Shown here one piece after another: positions 14,256 through 26,129 of a DNA stretch of 64,000 nucleotides; position 1 is the stretch's first letter, and every line of letters begins with the position of its first letter. The stretch is from Trichoplax sp. H2 (Eukaryota): NCBI GenBank assembly GCA_003344405.1, contig NOWV01000106.1, forward strand, positions 1-64,000, written 5' to 3'. A program made the position numbers and the translations under genes. The notes beneath the pieces were generated by a model. The model saw nothing but the letters and a program-made list of their open reading frames with translations. It was not told the DNA's origin and searched no databases.

Positions 14256-16002
14256 GATGTTATTGCTAATAATTTTATTACCCGCATTTAATGAAGAACT
14301 TCTTTGCTGACGATGTGTAAGTTAACCAGAAAATATGCGTATGATTATCGCCTGACCACTTCTGTAGATAACGTTTATGATGTTATACATTCCATTAATA
14401 AGCCGATTATATGCTTGTAAGTTTAATGCGTATCGTTACTCACTATGGCTTGAACTGAGACGTACTGTTCGAAATTCCATCGATTTACGCATACTGTATC
14501 AACTATAATTTTATATTAGAACTATTTGCTCTGCCGGTGTATTTTCAGCCCATATTATATTTATAGACAAGTTTACTGGTTGCTACGGTAACCAGATAAA
14601 TCGTATGTGACAGTACGTACTTTTTGTAAGACTACCGTTACAAGGCGTGGCGAGCCCTCTAAAATGGGTGAAAGATACTCAGCTATAGTGTTGCCATAAA
14701 TTATATCTTTAAATTGTGAAGAAATGGACTTTCAATTTGGCTCCAATTCCATACAGACAGATCAGTACAACATTGAGCAATTGGCTCTTGATATTTTGAT
14801 TACTTTCTATCGCAGTATTGAATAATCCTATTTCTTTCAAGTTTCTAATATAAACTATCAGTCGCTTTTACATACTCGGTCGCTCCAAGCATTTTACAAC
14901 TCACGTCGTAATACCGGTTTATACAGTAGGGTGCGTTTAGTATGGCTTGATGCTATTAGTGGCACTGATGGCTAATTACCGTATAGTGTACTGTAGTGTT
15001 GTGCAATAGAGTGAAAAGGTAACCCGAACCCGATCAAATGGTTGATTTTTCTAGCCCAAAATGAGTGCAATTGCTATACAAACACTGTATCACTATAGAA
15101 ATTTTTAACCCGAATCCCGCCCTCGAGTCGGGTTTAAATGGGGTTTCGTAGTAAATACATGAAGATACTGAACTAATTGAGTGCATGTACAGTATGCAGA
15201 ACGCGATATTGAGGGCTGTACGAGTTTACTGTAGAGTATGGTACAGTACTTAGGGTATTCGCAGAATCGCGTAAAATTGTGATGCCCAACCAAAATTCAA
15301 TATCCTTTACTTCATAGAAACGATTCTAATAACTAACCACGCTGAAGCTTACATACTTCATATTGACCATTTTATTTTATTTTATTCTTTATCTATAAAT
15401 GTTATAAATAAAGCACAGAATATATTACAAATTACATATTTAGATTCTTAGGATAACGTACAGATGATTGCATTTTGTTAAAAAGCAATGCGATAATTTA
15501 TAATTGGCAAGAAATATACAATTAATCTTTGTCAGTCCCTCGGATACTATCAGATAACTGTAGTTATGAATTGTGAGCTGCACCGGATTTGCATTTTCTC
15601 CACGTCGGATGTTTACTTTATAAGTCGTAGTAATTATAATTATATTAAGATTTCTTCTAAGAATCAGTGTAAATTAAGAGTTATCTTAAAGACTTGAACT
15701 CCATAAAGGAACGATGTTACCTAAGGTTACACATCTTAAAGCAATAAGTTTTCCGCATAGTCTTCAGCATTTATATCACCACATAATTGCATGAAAGGCA
15801 TTTAAGTTCACAATAACGCTTGTTCTACTGAAAATAAAATCTCATACAATTACTATGGGCCCAAAATTATGAAGATAATTGAGCGATATAGTGGTGAAAG
15901 CCGTCATAAAGAATGTATTAGGGCCTACACAAGGTTTTGCCGGAAGCTAACTCACTAATAGATACTGGGTCTTGCTGGAGTATTACTGTTAGGCCAGACA
16001 TG

Positions 16003-19000
16003 TTAATGGCATTTACCATTAGCAATATATCTATGCGCATTACAAAAGTCGGCAATACGACAACAGGCAACTTTAAGCATATCTTCGGGTACGGTAAGAA
16101 CAATTCGGAAAAAGCCTTCATATGAGAAACACTGGAAGCGTATACACAAAGTTAGTTAATCTCAGTACGGCCTGAATAATAACAGCGAAATTTTAATCAC
16201 AATTATGCTATCATCTTACCCTTCCAGGTATACATGATACGGACTCATCTTCATAAAGCTTATGAGTAAACTCTAGATCACTTTCAAAGCCAGTAAACCG
16301 TTCAATATCTATTCCGATCTATGTAATTGAATGAATTTTGATTAGAAAGGATGTGATATATACTTTATGTAAATCAAGAAGCTATAGGGTACACTTTTAA
16401 GAGTTAATCTGTAGGTTAAAGACTGAATTTATATTAGCGTCTACTTCAGATATCGTACCATCATATACATAGAGCCTTTAGGCATTATTGGGTTCAATCC
16501 ATCGATATTTTTCAATGAATTGTACGCAAGATGCGCATTTCCCTATTAATAATTAATTTAAGTAAATTATTCTAATTACACATCAACTACTAGGTTAAGC
16601 ATAATAACCGCCAGAAAATCGTATTTAACAATGTAAAGACAATAACCAAAGAACGGCAGGATACCTCAATTACTTTCATGACACTAGTGTAAAACTCTTG
16701 TGGAGTTTCTTTCAACATTTCAGGGATCGCTGCTTGGATAAGAGTATTTGGTCCTAAAATTCTTTGCGATAAGCTATGCAGAGCAGCACGAATCTAAAAT
16801 TTTAAAGAGATTAATTAGCAATAAGCTGACGATCCACAAATTATCAGGTGTATATAAGGTACATTTCTTATATCTTACTGTTAACAATAGCTATAACTTT
16901 AATACTAGCACCAGGCCTATGTAAGCAAATAATATAATAATGTTTTCTAGGTCTGCCTAACCTCTTTAGAAAAAATTTCATTCCTGTCATGAATAAATAT
17001 CCAACCGAAGCGCCATCCAGGTACGACAAATCTAATTATAGAAATAAAATAATTAAACCTTATATTTAATACACAATAAACAGGCTTTGCCCGTTATAGA
17101 GATCCAGTTACAAGATAACATGCAAGGACTCGCAAAAAAACATCATTCTGGATACGACGTTACAGTTTGCAATGTTAAAACCTCCAGCTTTTAGCTCTTG
17201 CTAAATATCTACCTTTTGGCAATTCCCCCGCATGATAATATTGGCACGGTACTTGTTAGAGATGCAATCGGATAGAACGCAGCATCAGAGAATACCTGAG
17301 ATTAAAATTTCGAAGCCAATTTTAGTTGATGTATTCTATAGCTGCTAAATAATAGCAAAAAGTAATTTTAATTTGTTCTCAATAATCATTCATTAATTAA
17401 ATTAAAGGACTATATTTACATCTAAATAGAAAATAATGCTTAAAATACATTTCTGATTTTAATTTAGTATTCAGAATAATCATTGGCAGATTCGATGACA
17501 ATTGCGCATACACTTTCGTAATACTAATACTGCATCTATAGATACGAAACATTATTTCATTATATTATATTTAACACTAATTGGATAGTAACTTAGATTC
17601 TAATCAGCTAGATTGTGTACAGTTGCATGATTTGTATTCTAACCATGTCTCGATAAACCTCATCGGCAACAATAGGAATTTTAAATTGTTCGGCAACTAA
17701 CCAAGTATACAAGAAAAAGAATCGTGTTAAATGCCTTACTCTATTTCGTAAAGCGATCTTATACTACTGAATATCTAAATTATAGCATTACGCTATACTC
17801 AATATACCTTGTAATATTTCCTGCAGATGGTCCCTCGAGAATACAGACCCACAAGGATTTGAAGGATTAATAATTACTATAGCGCGTGTTCGGTCATCGA
17901 TGAGTGAAATCATATGTTGTATATCAACTTCCCAATCTCGTTCAGGCTGAAGCCAAGAATTACAATAATAGAAAAACAATAATCATATCAACGAATTTTA
18001 TCTAGGACTGGAAAAGGCCACCATTCAAATTGTTCAGTAAAAGTCAATATTTTGGATCAATTCTTTCATTTAGCTACAAAAACTTATGATGTTATTATGT
18101 TGTTTAGTAGATCAAATCAAGTTCGTAGTTTAATAATTTATAGTATCACAATACAGTAACTAAATTACATTTGGGCTACGTACTGTATTGCACAGTTGCC
18201 CGGTACGTATGTAACCTGTGTCGGTCTTTACTATTGAGTATTGTAGTCTATTTGCGTCGGTATTGCTTATGGCAACAATATAAACTCTTTCGATTATGTG
18301 ACTGCGGCTATAGATAGAAAAGCCTATGGTCACCTACCATCAATTTATAAAGCTTCACATCTATGTGCAATCCTTTTAGAAGTGTAGAGTACAACGCGAA
18401 ACCGGGCATAGGTGAAAGAATGTTATCACCAGCATTGACCAAACCGGTTAGCGCTATTTCGATAGCACCAGAGCACCCACTAGTCAAGATAACGTCCTAT
18501 TTACAAAAATTCATAATATTCATTTATTTAAGTTAATATCAGTTCAGACGCAATTAATTATGCATTATGTCAAAGTATATACACACTGTATTGCATAACA
18601 ATTAAAATATGACTATAAAAGCTTAACTTTACTCTATTGCCACTACGGGAAAGTCTTGTTAAATTTCAAAAACGACAATTACAACATTATCACAGCTAGA
18701 GCAGACAGACAATACATGAATATAGTACTGTACGTACAGTATACATATCTACACAATCCAATATTTTAACGCAGAATTACAGTACAATATAACTATGAAA
18801 GTCGACTTTTTGAAATGGCGTTATTAAGGATATTTTTATGAAAATTGTTAGGATTTGAAGTATAAAACATTATTTTAATATGTCAGCAGACTACCGCTTT
18901 CGCTAACTACAGATTATTTTATCGAATTATGGATGTGGCTACCGATTACAGTCAAAATATAACTGTCTATACTTACATTGCCAGTGAATTCCATTCCAGA

Positions 19001-19742
19001 CCTGGAGTAAAATTTTGCCAGGGCATCACGCGTTTTTTTATATCCTTTAACATAAGGAATACGAAAGAAGTTATCATCAACGCTAATATTTAAAACTCCG
19101 ATACTTGATAACGTAAAACATACCAATCGCACAAAAACTGTTTTGTCAACTCTCAATTTTTCGTAAAGAGATTATATCTATAAAATTGTCTTGAGTTACT
19201 AAGTTCCCCCAACGCTGTAAAGTAGCACAGAATGCCTAACTATTCTCAATGCATACGTTATAATTCTCAACTTACCAATAGATGGGCTGTAACCATTGTT
19301 AGCGCATGTCAAAGTGGCTTTGGTTACTGCGTTTATAGCAGATTCTGGGGGCTGCAAATTACCAAAAATAGTGGGATCCCCTATGAAATAATACAAAATT
19401 AAATCATATTAATTAATTCGCAAAGACTGGAGCGATACATAAAAATTATTTCTTCTCTCAAAATAAGACGAATACGGTACGGTACGTACGAGCTAGGTGT
19501 ACAGCAGTCGTATTTTATTCCACTTCTAACATATACTGTACACGATGACAAATTGACTACGTATCAAAATAACAACGCATTTTCAAGGTAAGCATGAATT
19601 AAATGAGAAATGTACCAATGTTTAACGGTATCAAAGTTTTGGCTTGGTTCGGTTTCGCTGGAAGACTTTCGACATATTTTCGAATAGGATTGAAAGTGTT
19701 GCGTGCTAAGAATGAAGACTTGACTTCCCAGTTTTTCGACAT
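16003..19742 (-). CDS. TAT: Tyrosine aminotransferase (PLP-dependent class I), multi-exon
   Basis: The spliced translation gives [57 protein letters not shown], the PLP-lysine motif [18 protein letters not shown], and final exon [15 protein letters not shown]...CH* (16131-16003). Confidence 0.95.
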
Positions 19743-20216
19743 CTTCTTTTTTCGTTATCTTCTTTTTTCGTTATCTGCAACAAAGACGCACCATTTTAGA
19801 GTAAAGATAAAAAGGATTACGTTAACTCAAAATTTTCACACCAAGGTACTTTTTGTAGGTTGTAAAAGGACTAACAAGGTGTCAAGATCGTATCAATAAA
19901 AAAATAAATATTGTGTGTAATTCTCCTAGGGTTGGTTCAGTTACTCCTACAGACGAAATTGCCTATGATTTTCCGTTATAGTTTTTACTGATAGAGATGG
20001 CAAACTTACCAAGCATAGGACCATCAAAATATACTTTACTGTGTACGTATTAAGAAGCAAATTACAGTGTGGACCTTTACGTGTTCTATTTTTAATCTAT
20101 CATTGATTCTAAAATCTATATATAGGGTGGTCTCCAGAACGGCATAGTATACTGTACAGTATGATTGTTTACTTCTATTACTTCGGTCAAACACGTTGAT
20201 GACCGTTTGGCGCTAA

Positions 20217-20233
20217 GTGGGGGCGGGGCGGAG
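20217..20233. promoter_or_regulatory. Tandem GC box (Sp/KLF-type), probable TAT proximal promoter
   Basis: gtgggggcggggcggag in otherwise AT-rich DNA. It lies ~210 bp upstream of a minus-strand GTAAGT donor (~20008) that could splice to the acceptor at ~19775 before the TAT ATG. Confidence 0.5.
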
Positions 20234-21883
20234 TATGTGTTGTCTACGGAAAACAGTACAGTACTATTAACATTAAGGTGAGCGATCATACTGCAACATC
20301 TGTGCTATGAATGACTTTGGAAAGAAATTGTAGTAGGTAGCTAACATATGGAGACATCATTCCTACATTTCATTGTAGTAGAATGATTTACAAGTTCGCT
20401 AGATGTACATTATACATAAGTCATGACGGTATCACTAGTTTGTCAAATGCAGTGTGTTGCGATTAAATGCATGGGTTACATGAACAGTATCCAGTTGGTT
20501 AATAGAATGAAATTGAGAAATTAGAATTATTTCCTAGCAATAATTCTGCAGTGTTGTAATAAATAGTAAAGCACATTACGCGATAAGAAAACTGTAACTT
20601 ACACCAATATTGAACATAACTATACTCGTACAGTAATTTAATATAAATACTAACTCCTGTGTTAGCATAGTGTAGAACTAATACAAAACTGCTCACTAAT
20701 ATACCGCATATAAAGCATATACTGTACTGCATCGTGAATGTGCGATTCGACTAATTAATTTAAGGGAACAAGTACCATACTGTACTAAATGGCACATCTA
20801 TCGATGATACAGTGAAATCAAAGGAACATTTATAATCAATATTAGAGACGGTTTCGGATTCAATATTTGAATATTTTTAAGTAACTTCGATCCGAATTTA
20901 CCGCATAGTTTACTTTCTTACGGCTTCTATTTTCAAGAACTTGGCCCACTGAGTAGCGCTGTAAAAATGCTGTAAACAACCAGTAACTTGTTACAGTTAA
21001 ATACCTGTATATGCACATGAATGAGCTGTAACCGTGAATGCGTTTGTAAACCAAGGTTACTGAAAGAATATCTACTGTGTTTTGTAATCTTAGCCCTAGG
21101 ATCTCTTCAAGAAACTGACAATTAAATTGCACTGTACACGATAAAATCCACAGTTAACCTATATACTAGTATAGGAAATACTGTTCTGTATAGTTGAGTT
21201 GCAGATAAAACAGTTTCTAGGTCAGAGCTCAGAGCTAAAAGAGAATCTTAATTAGCATACGATATGCAGTGTACTGTACAGTACTAGTGTACTACCTGGT
21301 ACAGTACATTAGTATACTAAGTTATAGTAGTAGCTGTTAGTAGACTACTGTATATGAATCGAATATTGAAAACAACACTACGGAGACTAGTCTACTCTAC
21401 TGTAGAGCAAGAAGCAATAGTACAGTAGCATAGTGTGTGCTTTTAAATTGTTTTCAGGTTGGCAGTAGTAATGTAGAGCGATATTTCCGTAGTTATTAGT
21501 AAACCAGCAATGAATCTATGATGAATCATTACTGAATTTACTGTACTGTACTGTATTGCAGAAGCAGCTTACCGCAATCAGCTAGGCTCCTAAATGAATG
21601 ATGCGGACTAATCCAAATTCCTCTCTTGATGCACTTGAAGGTAGACCAAGGATGATCGATTAAATTGATCAAAAGCAGTACGGCACCTTGTAGTTACAAG
21701 ATAACTCCAAGAAGCTTCAGATACTTTAATAAAATCAATCAAAGTGAGTTCAAAGGGAACGCTGCGAAGAAAGTGTTGTGAAATACAATTCAATCTGCAA
21801 GCTTTACACGTACAGTCAGACTAATCTATATAGAGCTTTTTTAGGACGTTAAATACAGTACTGAACTTTTGCATAGCGACGGT

Positions 21884-22625
21884 GTACAGTACAGTACAGT
21901 ACAGTATGTGTAATTGTACAGTACTGTACACTGTACAGTACAATCAGTCATGAATCTCATGATGCAATTTAATGCAATAATGCAGAACAGTACAGTACTG
22001 TACAGCTAAAGACTCTAAGCCTCCAACAAGTACTGTACAGTACTTTTCAGACATTCATCAGACTTTGCGATATTGTACTGTACACTGTACAGCACATTTG
22101 TAAACAAATTGCCACTTTGATACTTTTGACAGTACGGTTACTCTTTTGATCTATCGTTTAATTTTTGTTATTATATTAACATATACAGTATATATATTAA
22201 TATCAACCATGTTATCAACCAACAGCAACCTGACTCATTCACCAATTGCAAAGTTAACATGAATAATGATAATCAAAGCTTTGACTCGGTGACTTCGTTG
22301 TACAGTACTGTACTGTACATGCACAAAGTCGGTTTGCTGGTACTGTATGGAAAATACTGTACAGTACAGTACTGTATTAGAAAATCCTCCCACACTTTTG
22401 TTCTCTACTGTACAATTGTACTGTACTGTACATACGGTAGGTAATCTTTACCATACGGTACCTTACATGTACAGTACAGTACAGTACAGTACACACTACT
22501 GCAGTAATAACTGCTACAGTACTGCGCTGTAAATACTGTACAGTACAATACAGTGTACTGTAGACCAGCGAGTTCAACTACTGTACACTGTACAGTACTG
22601 TACACTGTACAGTAGTGTACAGTAT
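21884..22625. repeat. (TACAG)/(CTGTA) mixed pentamer low-complexity field
   Basis: Runs such as tacagtacagtacagtacag and palindromic tgtacagtactgtaca, densest at 22298-22625. Confidence 0.9.
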
Positions 22626-23079
22626 TGCGAAATCAAATCAAATTTATTTAGATGCAGTATGACGCAGCATGCAGCATGCCGCATGCCGAGTTACTGTAAT
22701 AAGTGTCTATGTGGCGTGTTACCTGAAATCAGAAATAGGTGACCTCACGCACGTCAAAAAAACATCAAGTGATGTCCTGTTTAATTTATTTTAATGGTGC
22801 AATACGGATTGCATGAGTAATCCGAGTTTTCATTTAGGGATTTATGTACGGTACTAGAGATACAAATATCAACGCTACTTAGTCAAGCCAGAGATTATCC
22901 ATTTTTCAAGTTTTAATGGCGTCCAAGCACGATACGTCGTCTACTGTACAGGGTAGAGCAGCACATTACTGTCTGGAAGTCAAAATCAAAGGGCATTTGC
23001 TTAATTGGAAATGATTGAATCAATCTATCCTTTGTGATTACAAAACACAAGGACTTCAAGATGGAGCTCACAGTATGAT

Positions 23080-23250
23080 CTACGCGTGAAAAAAGCGCGC
23101 ACTGATTGGTAGCGGTAAATCAGGCGATTATTGGTTCCTCGATTCGGACAAGGCCCCCGGCCTCGCCATGTGACCTCCATTTGTCGCTTTATAATAACTT
23201 TTATAACGTATTATCAAAAATAACCTTGATACGTAGTCCCGCCCGCTTAT
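23080..23250. promoter_or_regulatory. Orphan CpG-rich promoter-like motif cluster
   Basis: ACGCGT/GCGCGC, two ATTGG (reverse CCAAT) at ~23105 and ~23130, CGCCATGTGAC and CTCCATTT (YY1/E-box-like), TATAAAAG on the minus strand at 23198-23205, and a CCCGCCC GC box at ~23238. Confidence 0.55.
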
Positions 23251-25049
23251 GCTCTCATTATATTATATTACTAACAGTACAGTGTACATTATATTTATTA
23301 TTAATTAATTAATTATTTTTTTTTTTTCAGGATGTATACAGTATGTCACGGTCCAAGTACATACAGTACAGTACTGTTGTACAGTATATTTGTATTTGTT
23401 TCAAATTAGCAACGAAATAGTATAGAATAGTATTTACGTGTCTATGTCGTTGTAATAAGTATTATATATATATGACATATACACACACTTCATCGTCCAT
23501 CAAGGAGCTTCTGTCATAGTTTGGCTGCTACGAGTGCTATTTCATCTAGCTCTTAGCTCTCTACTGTCACGAATAATGATATATTTAGTTTAGTATACTG
23601 TAGTGTAAATATTGTACAGCATTGTATCAGAGCAGCTCACTGTTAAGCCCTACCCCACATCAGAAACCTTGACACTGGGATCTACCCCACACCCCATATT
23701 GTATTGTTCTCGAAACTTCTTAGCACGAGCTGTATATACATTGTACAGTACTATGTAATCATCAATCGGCAGGCATCTGCGATGACTGACAATAGCAGTA
23801 GGCTTCTTTGGGTACTTCGATGATGTTGGAGACTGATAGATAATGATATTAAATTAGGTAATAATTAATTATATGTGTAACTATTACTCGATCTGGGAGA
23901 GTTTGATAGTGCTTCCGCATTGCGTCTGAACAAGAATTTAACTGAGTTACAACACTACTTTATGATTAGTTTGTTATTGTGCTAATAGGATAAGCTATCC
24001 TGGATAGCATATTATTAGTGGAAATAGGTCTTTGATCGGCAGTCCTCTGGTCGATTATCGATTAGTATGTTACCTTCATCTATTTATTATGACAAGAACT
24101 CAGCTGTAGTCAGTCATATAACATACAATGGGCCGTAGCCATTAAATGACTGTAATTAATTAATTATATTCTACTGTGTTCTAAACTTCAAACTCCAAAC
24201 TCCAACGTTTTTGAAGTGTAATAGTATAGCTCTGTAATAGGTAGATCGCAGTATTATTTGACTGTAATCATTGATTATCTAAACTAAACTGGATATTTTC
24301 TTTAAAATGCCCAACGTCACCGTCGAAAACTGTACATGTACAAGATGAGTTATTTAATTACGAACGATGCGCTCGCTACTATACGTGTATATGTACGGCG
24401 AATTCACTTTATGCTTAATTGTTTGTGCTTATGCTATTCCGTACTACGGTAGTGTAGTCTGGGTACGTCCGCTTCCACTAAAAATCTCCTTTACCTTTCT
24501 CAAAAATTGTACAAGTCACTTCGAGACACTGTATGCTATCGTCGAATACTATAATTTACTACCAATCCTTTAATCCCATAGTTATTAAGATTTTACATAC
24601 AGAAATACTATCGATACTGTATCCAACCTTTATAACATTAAGGCAGTGGTGGTACCGCAAATTTCAGTGATAGAGTAGTTAACGTATTGCTATTTTACTA
24701 TTACATTTCATATTTCAGAGCCACTCCATTATACTGTACTATGTGCAAGGATTAGAGCTATTTGACACATGACGGGATTACATAGTGCATATTACTAACT
24801 TTTTGATATTTATTAATAACGTGTAAAAGCTGAGAATGTACTGATTAAAGTTGCACTACATCATTTTTGTATTCTACAAGGCCTGAGAGACTAAAATATA
24901 GTATATCCGTCCTTTGAAGGTGTAAAAATGCACGCAAAAATTAATTAATAAAATAGTGGGTTGGCTTATAAATATTTCAACTGTAACAGCTATACAGCAG
25001 AAAGACATAAACAGTTTGTTAGCAGCAACAAATAAGCGGCTGTGCGGTT

Positions 25050-26129
25050 TTAGTTCGCATACTATAGTAATAAACATTGATTACGACCGTGTTCACACCT
25101 TCACCTATTTTGCAGCCTAAGTGCATAAATTGATTTCATTATTTTGGTAAGCTGTAAGGCAGTTTTAATTGGGTCCATCAATTTTTTTATTTAAATTCTA
25201 TAATTATCAATAAAACTTTGTTACATATGGCTAACTTTTCGTAAATGGTTGGGCTTAAACTTTAATCCACAGTATGTTATTCCAGATAAGACATAATCAA
25301 AGTAATTTTATTTATTAATTATTGATACCATGAATCAATAATAAATGACTTGTAGTAAATTATCCAATAATAGACATCTCTATTTCGCGTAAGCAATGCA
25401 ACATGACTGTTACAATTTCCAAATTTTGTAACAAGTACTAGATCTGCACTCAGCAAGGAGACCCAGTAATTAAGTTGAAGAACTAACTTTATTGTTAAAA
25501 TGAAGAGTTTATATACTTTCTTTATTGTGACCTTTGATCTACTGACGTAGATCACAAGATCATCACTAACAGAAAGGTTTCCCTAGTTTAGTCATTACAA
25601 ATAGACTATCATGCCAAGTATGGCAACATGAGAATACATATATAGATAACCTTAATATAGTACCATAACTACATCTATATACGCCTGACGTGATAACATC
25701 GTGATATTTAACCATATATAGAAAGAAGGTAACATACTAATTATGTAACTATNNNNNNNNNNNNNNNNNNNNTTAGTTCGCATACTATAGTAATAAACAT
25801 TGATTACGACCGTGTTCACACCTTCACCTATTTTGCAGCCTAAGTGCATAAATTGATTTCATTATTTTGGTAAGCTGTAAGGCAGTTTTAATTGGGTCCA
25901 TCAATTTTTTATTTAAATTCTATAATTATCAATAAAACTTTGTTACATATGGCTAACTTTTCGTAAATGGTTGGGCTTAAACTTTAATCCACAGTATGTT
26001 ATTCCAGATAAGACATAATCAAAGTAATTTTATTTATTAATTATTGATACCATGAATCAATAATAAATGACTTGTAGTAAATTATCCAATAACAGACATC
26101 TCTATTTCGCGTAAGCAATGTAACAGGAC
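25050..26129. repeat. ~358-bp direct duplication (25050-25407 / 25773-26129) flanking a 20-N gap; probable allelic assembly overlap
   Basis: The copies are near-identical, and the second begins immediately after the gap at 25753-25772. Confidence 0.85.

Noticed and set aside
15020..15150. AACCCGA...TCGGGTT hairpin and repeats as a MITE or RNA gene
   Set aside because: Only a 7-bp stem; no terminal inverted repeats, target duplication or RNA-family motifs could be defined.
16543..16664. U12-like donor GTATCCTG in a TAT intron
   Set aside because: Imperfect match to GTATCCTT and no TCCTTAAC branch site at the expected 10-20 nt from the acceptor; most likely U2-type.
22259..22605. ORFs rich in YSTVQ/CTVLY (also 36555-36947 and 62714-63200)
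   Set aside because: Translations of the TACAG/CTGTA pentamer, which lacks stop codons; no recognisable domain.
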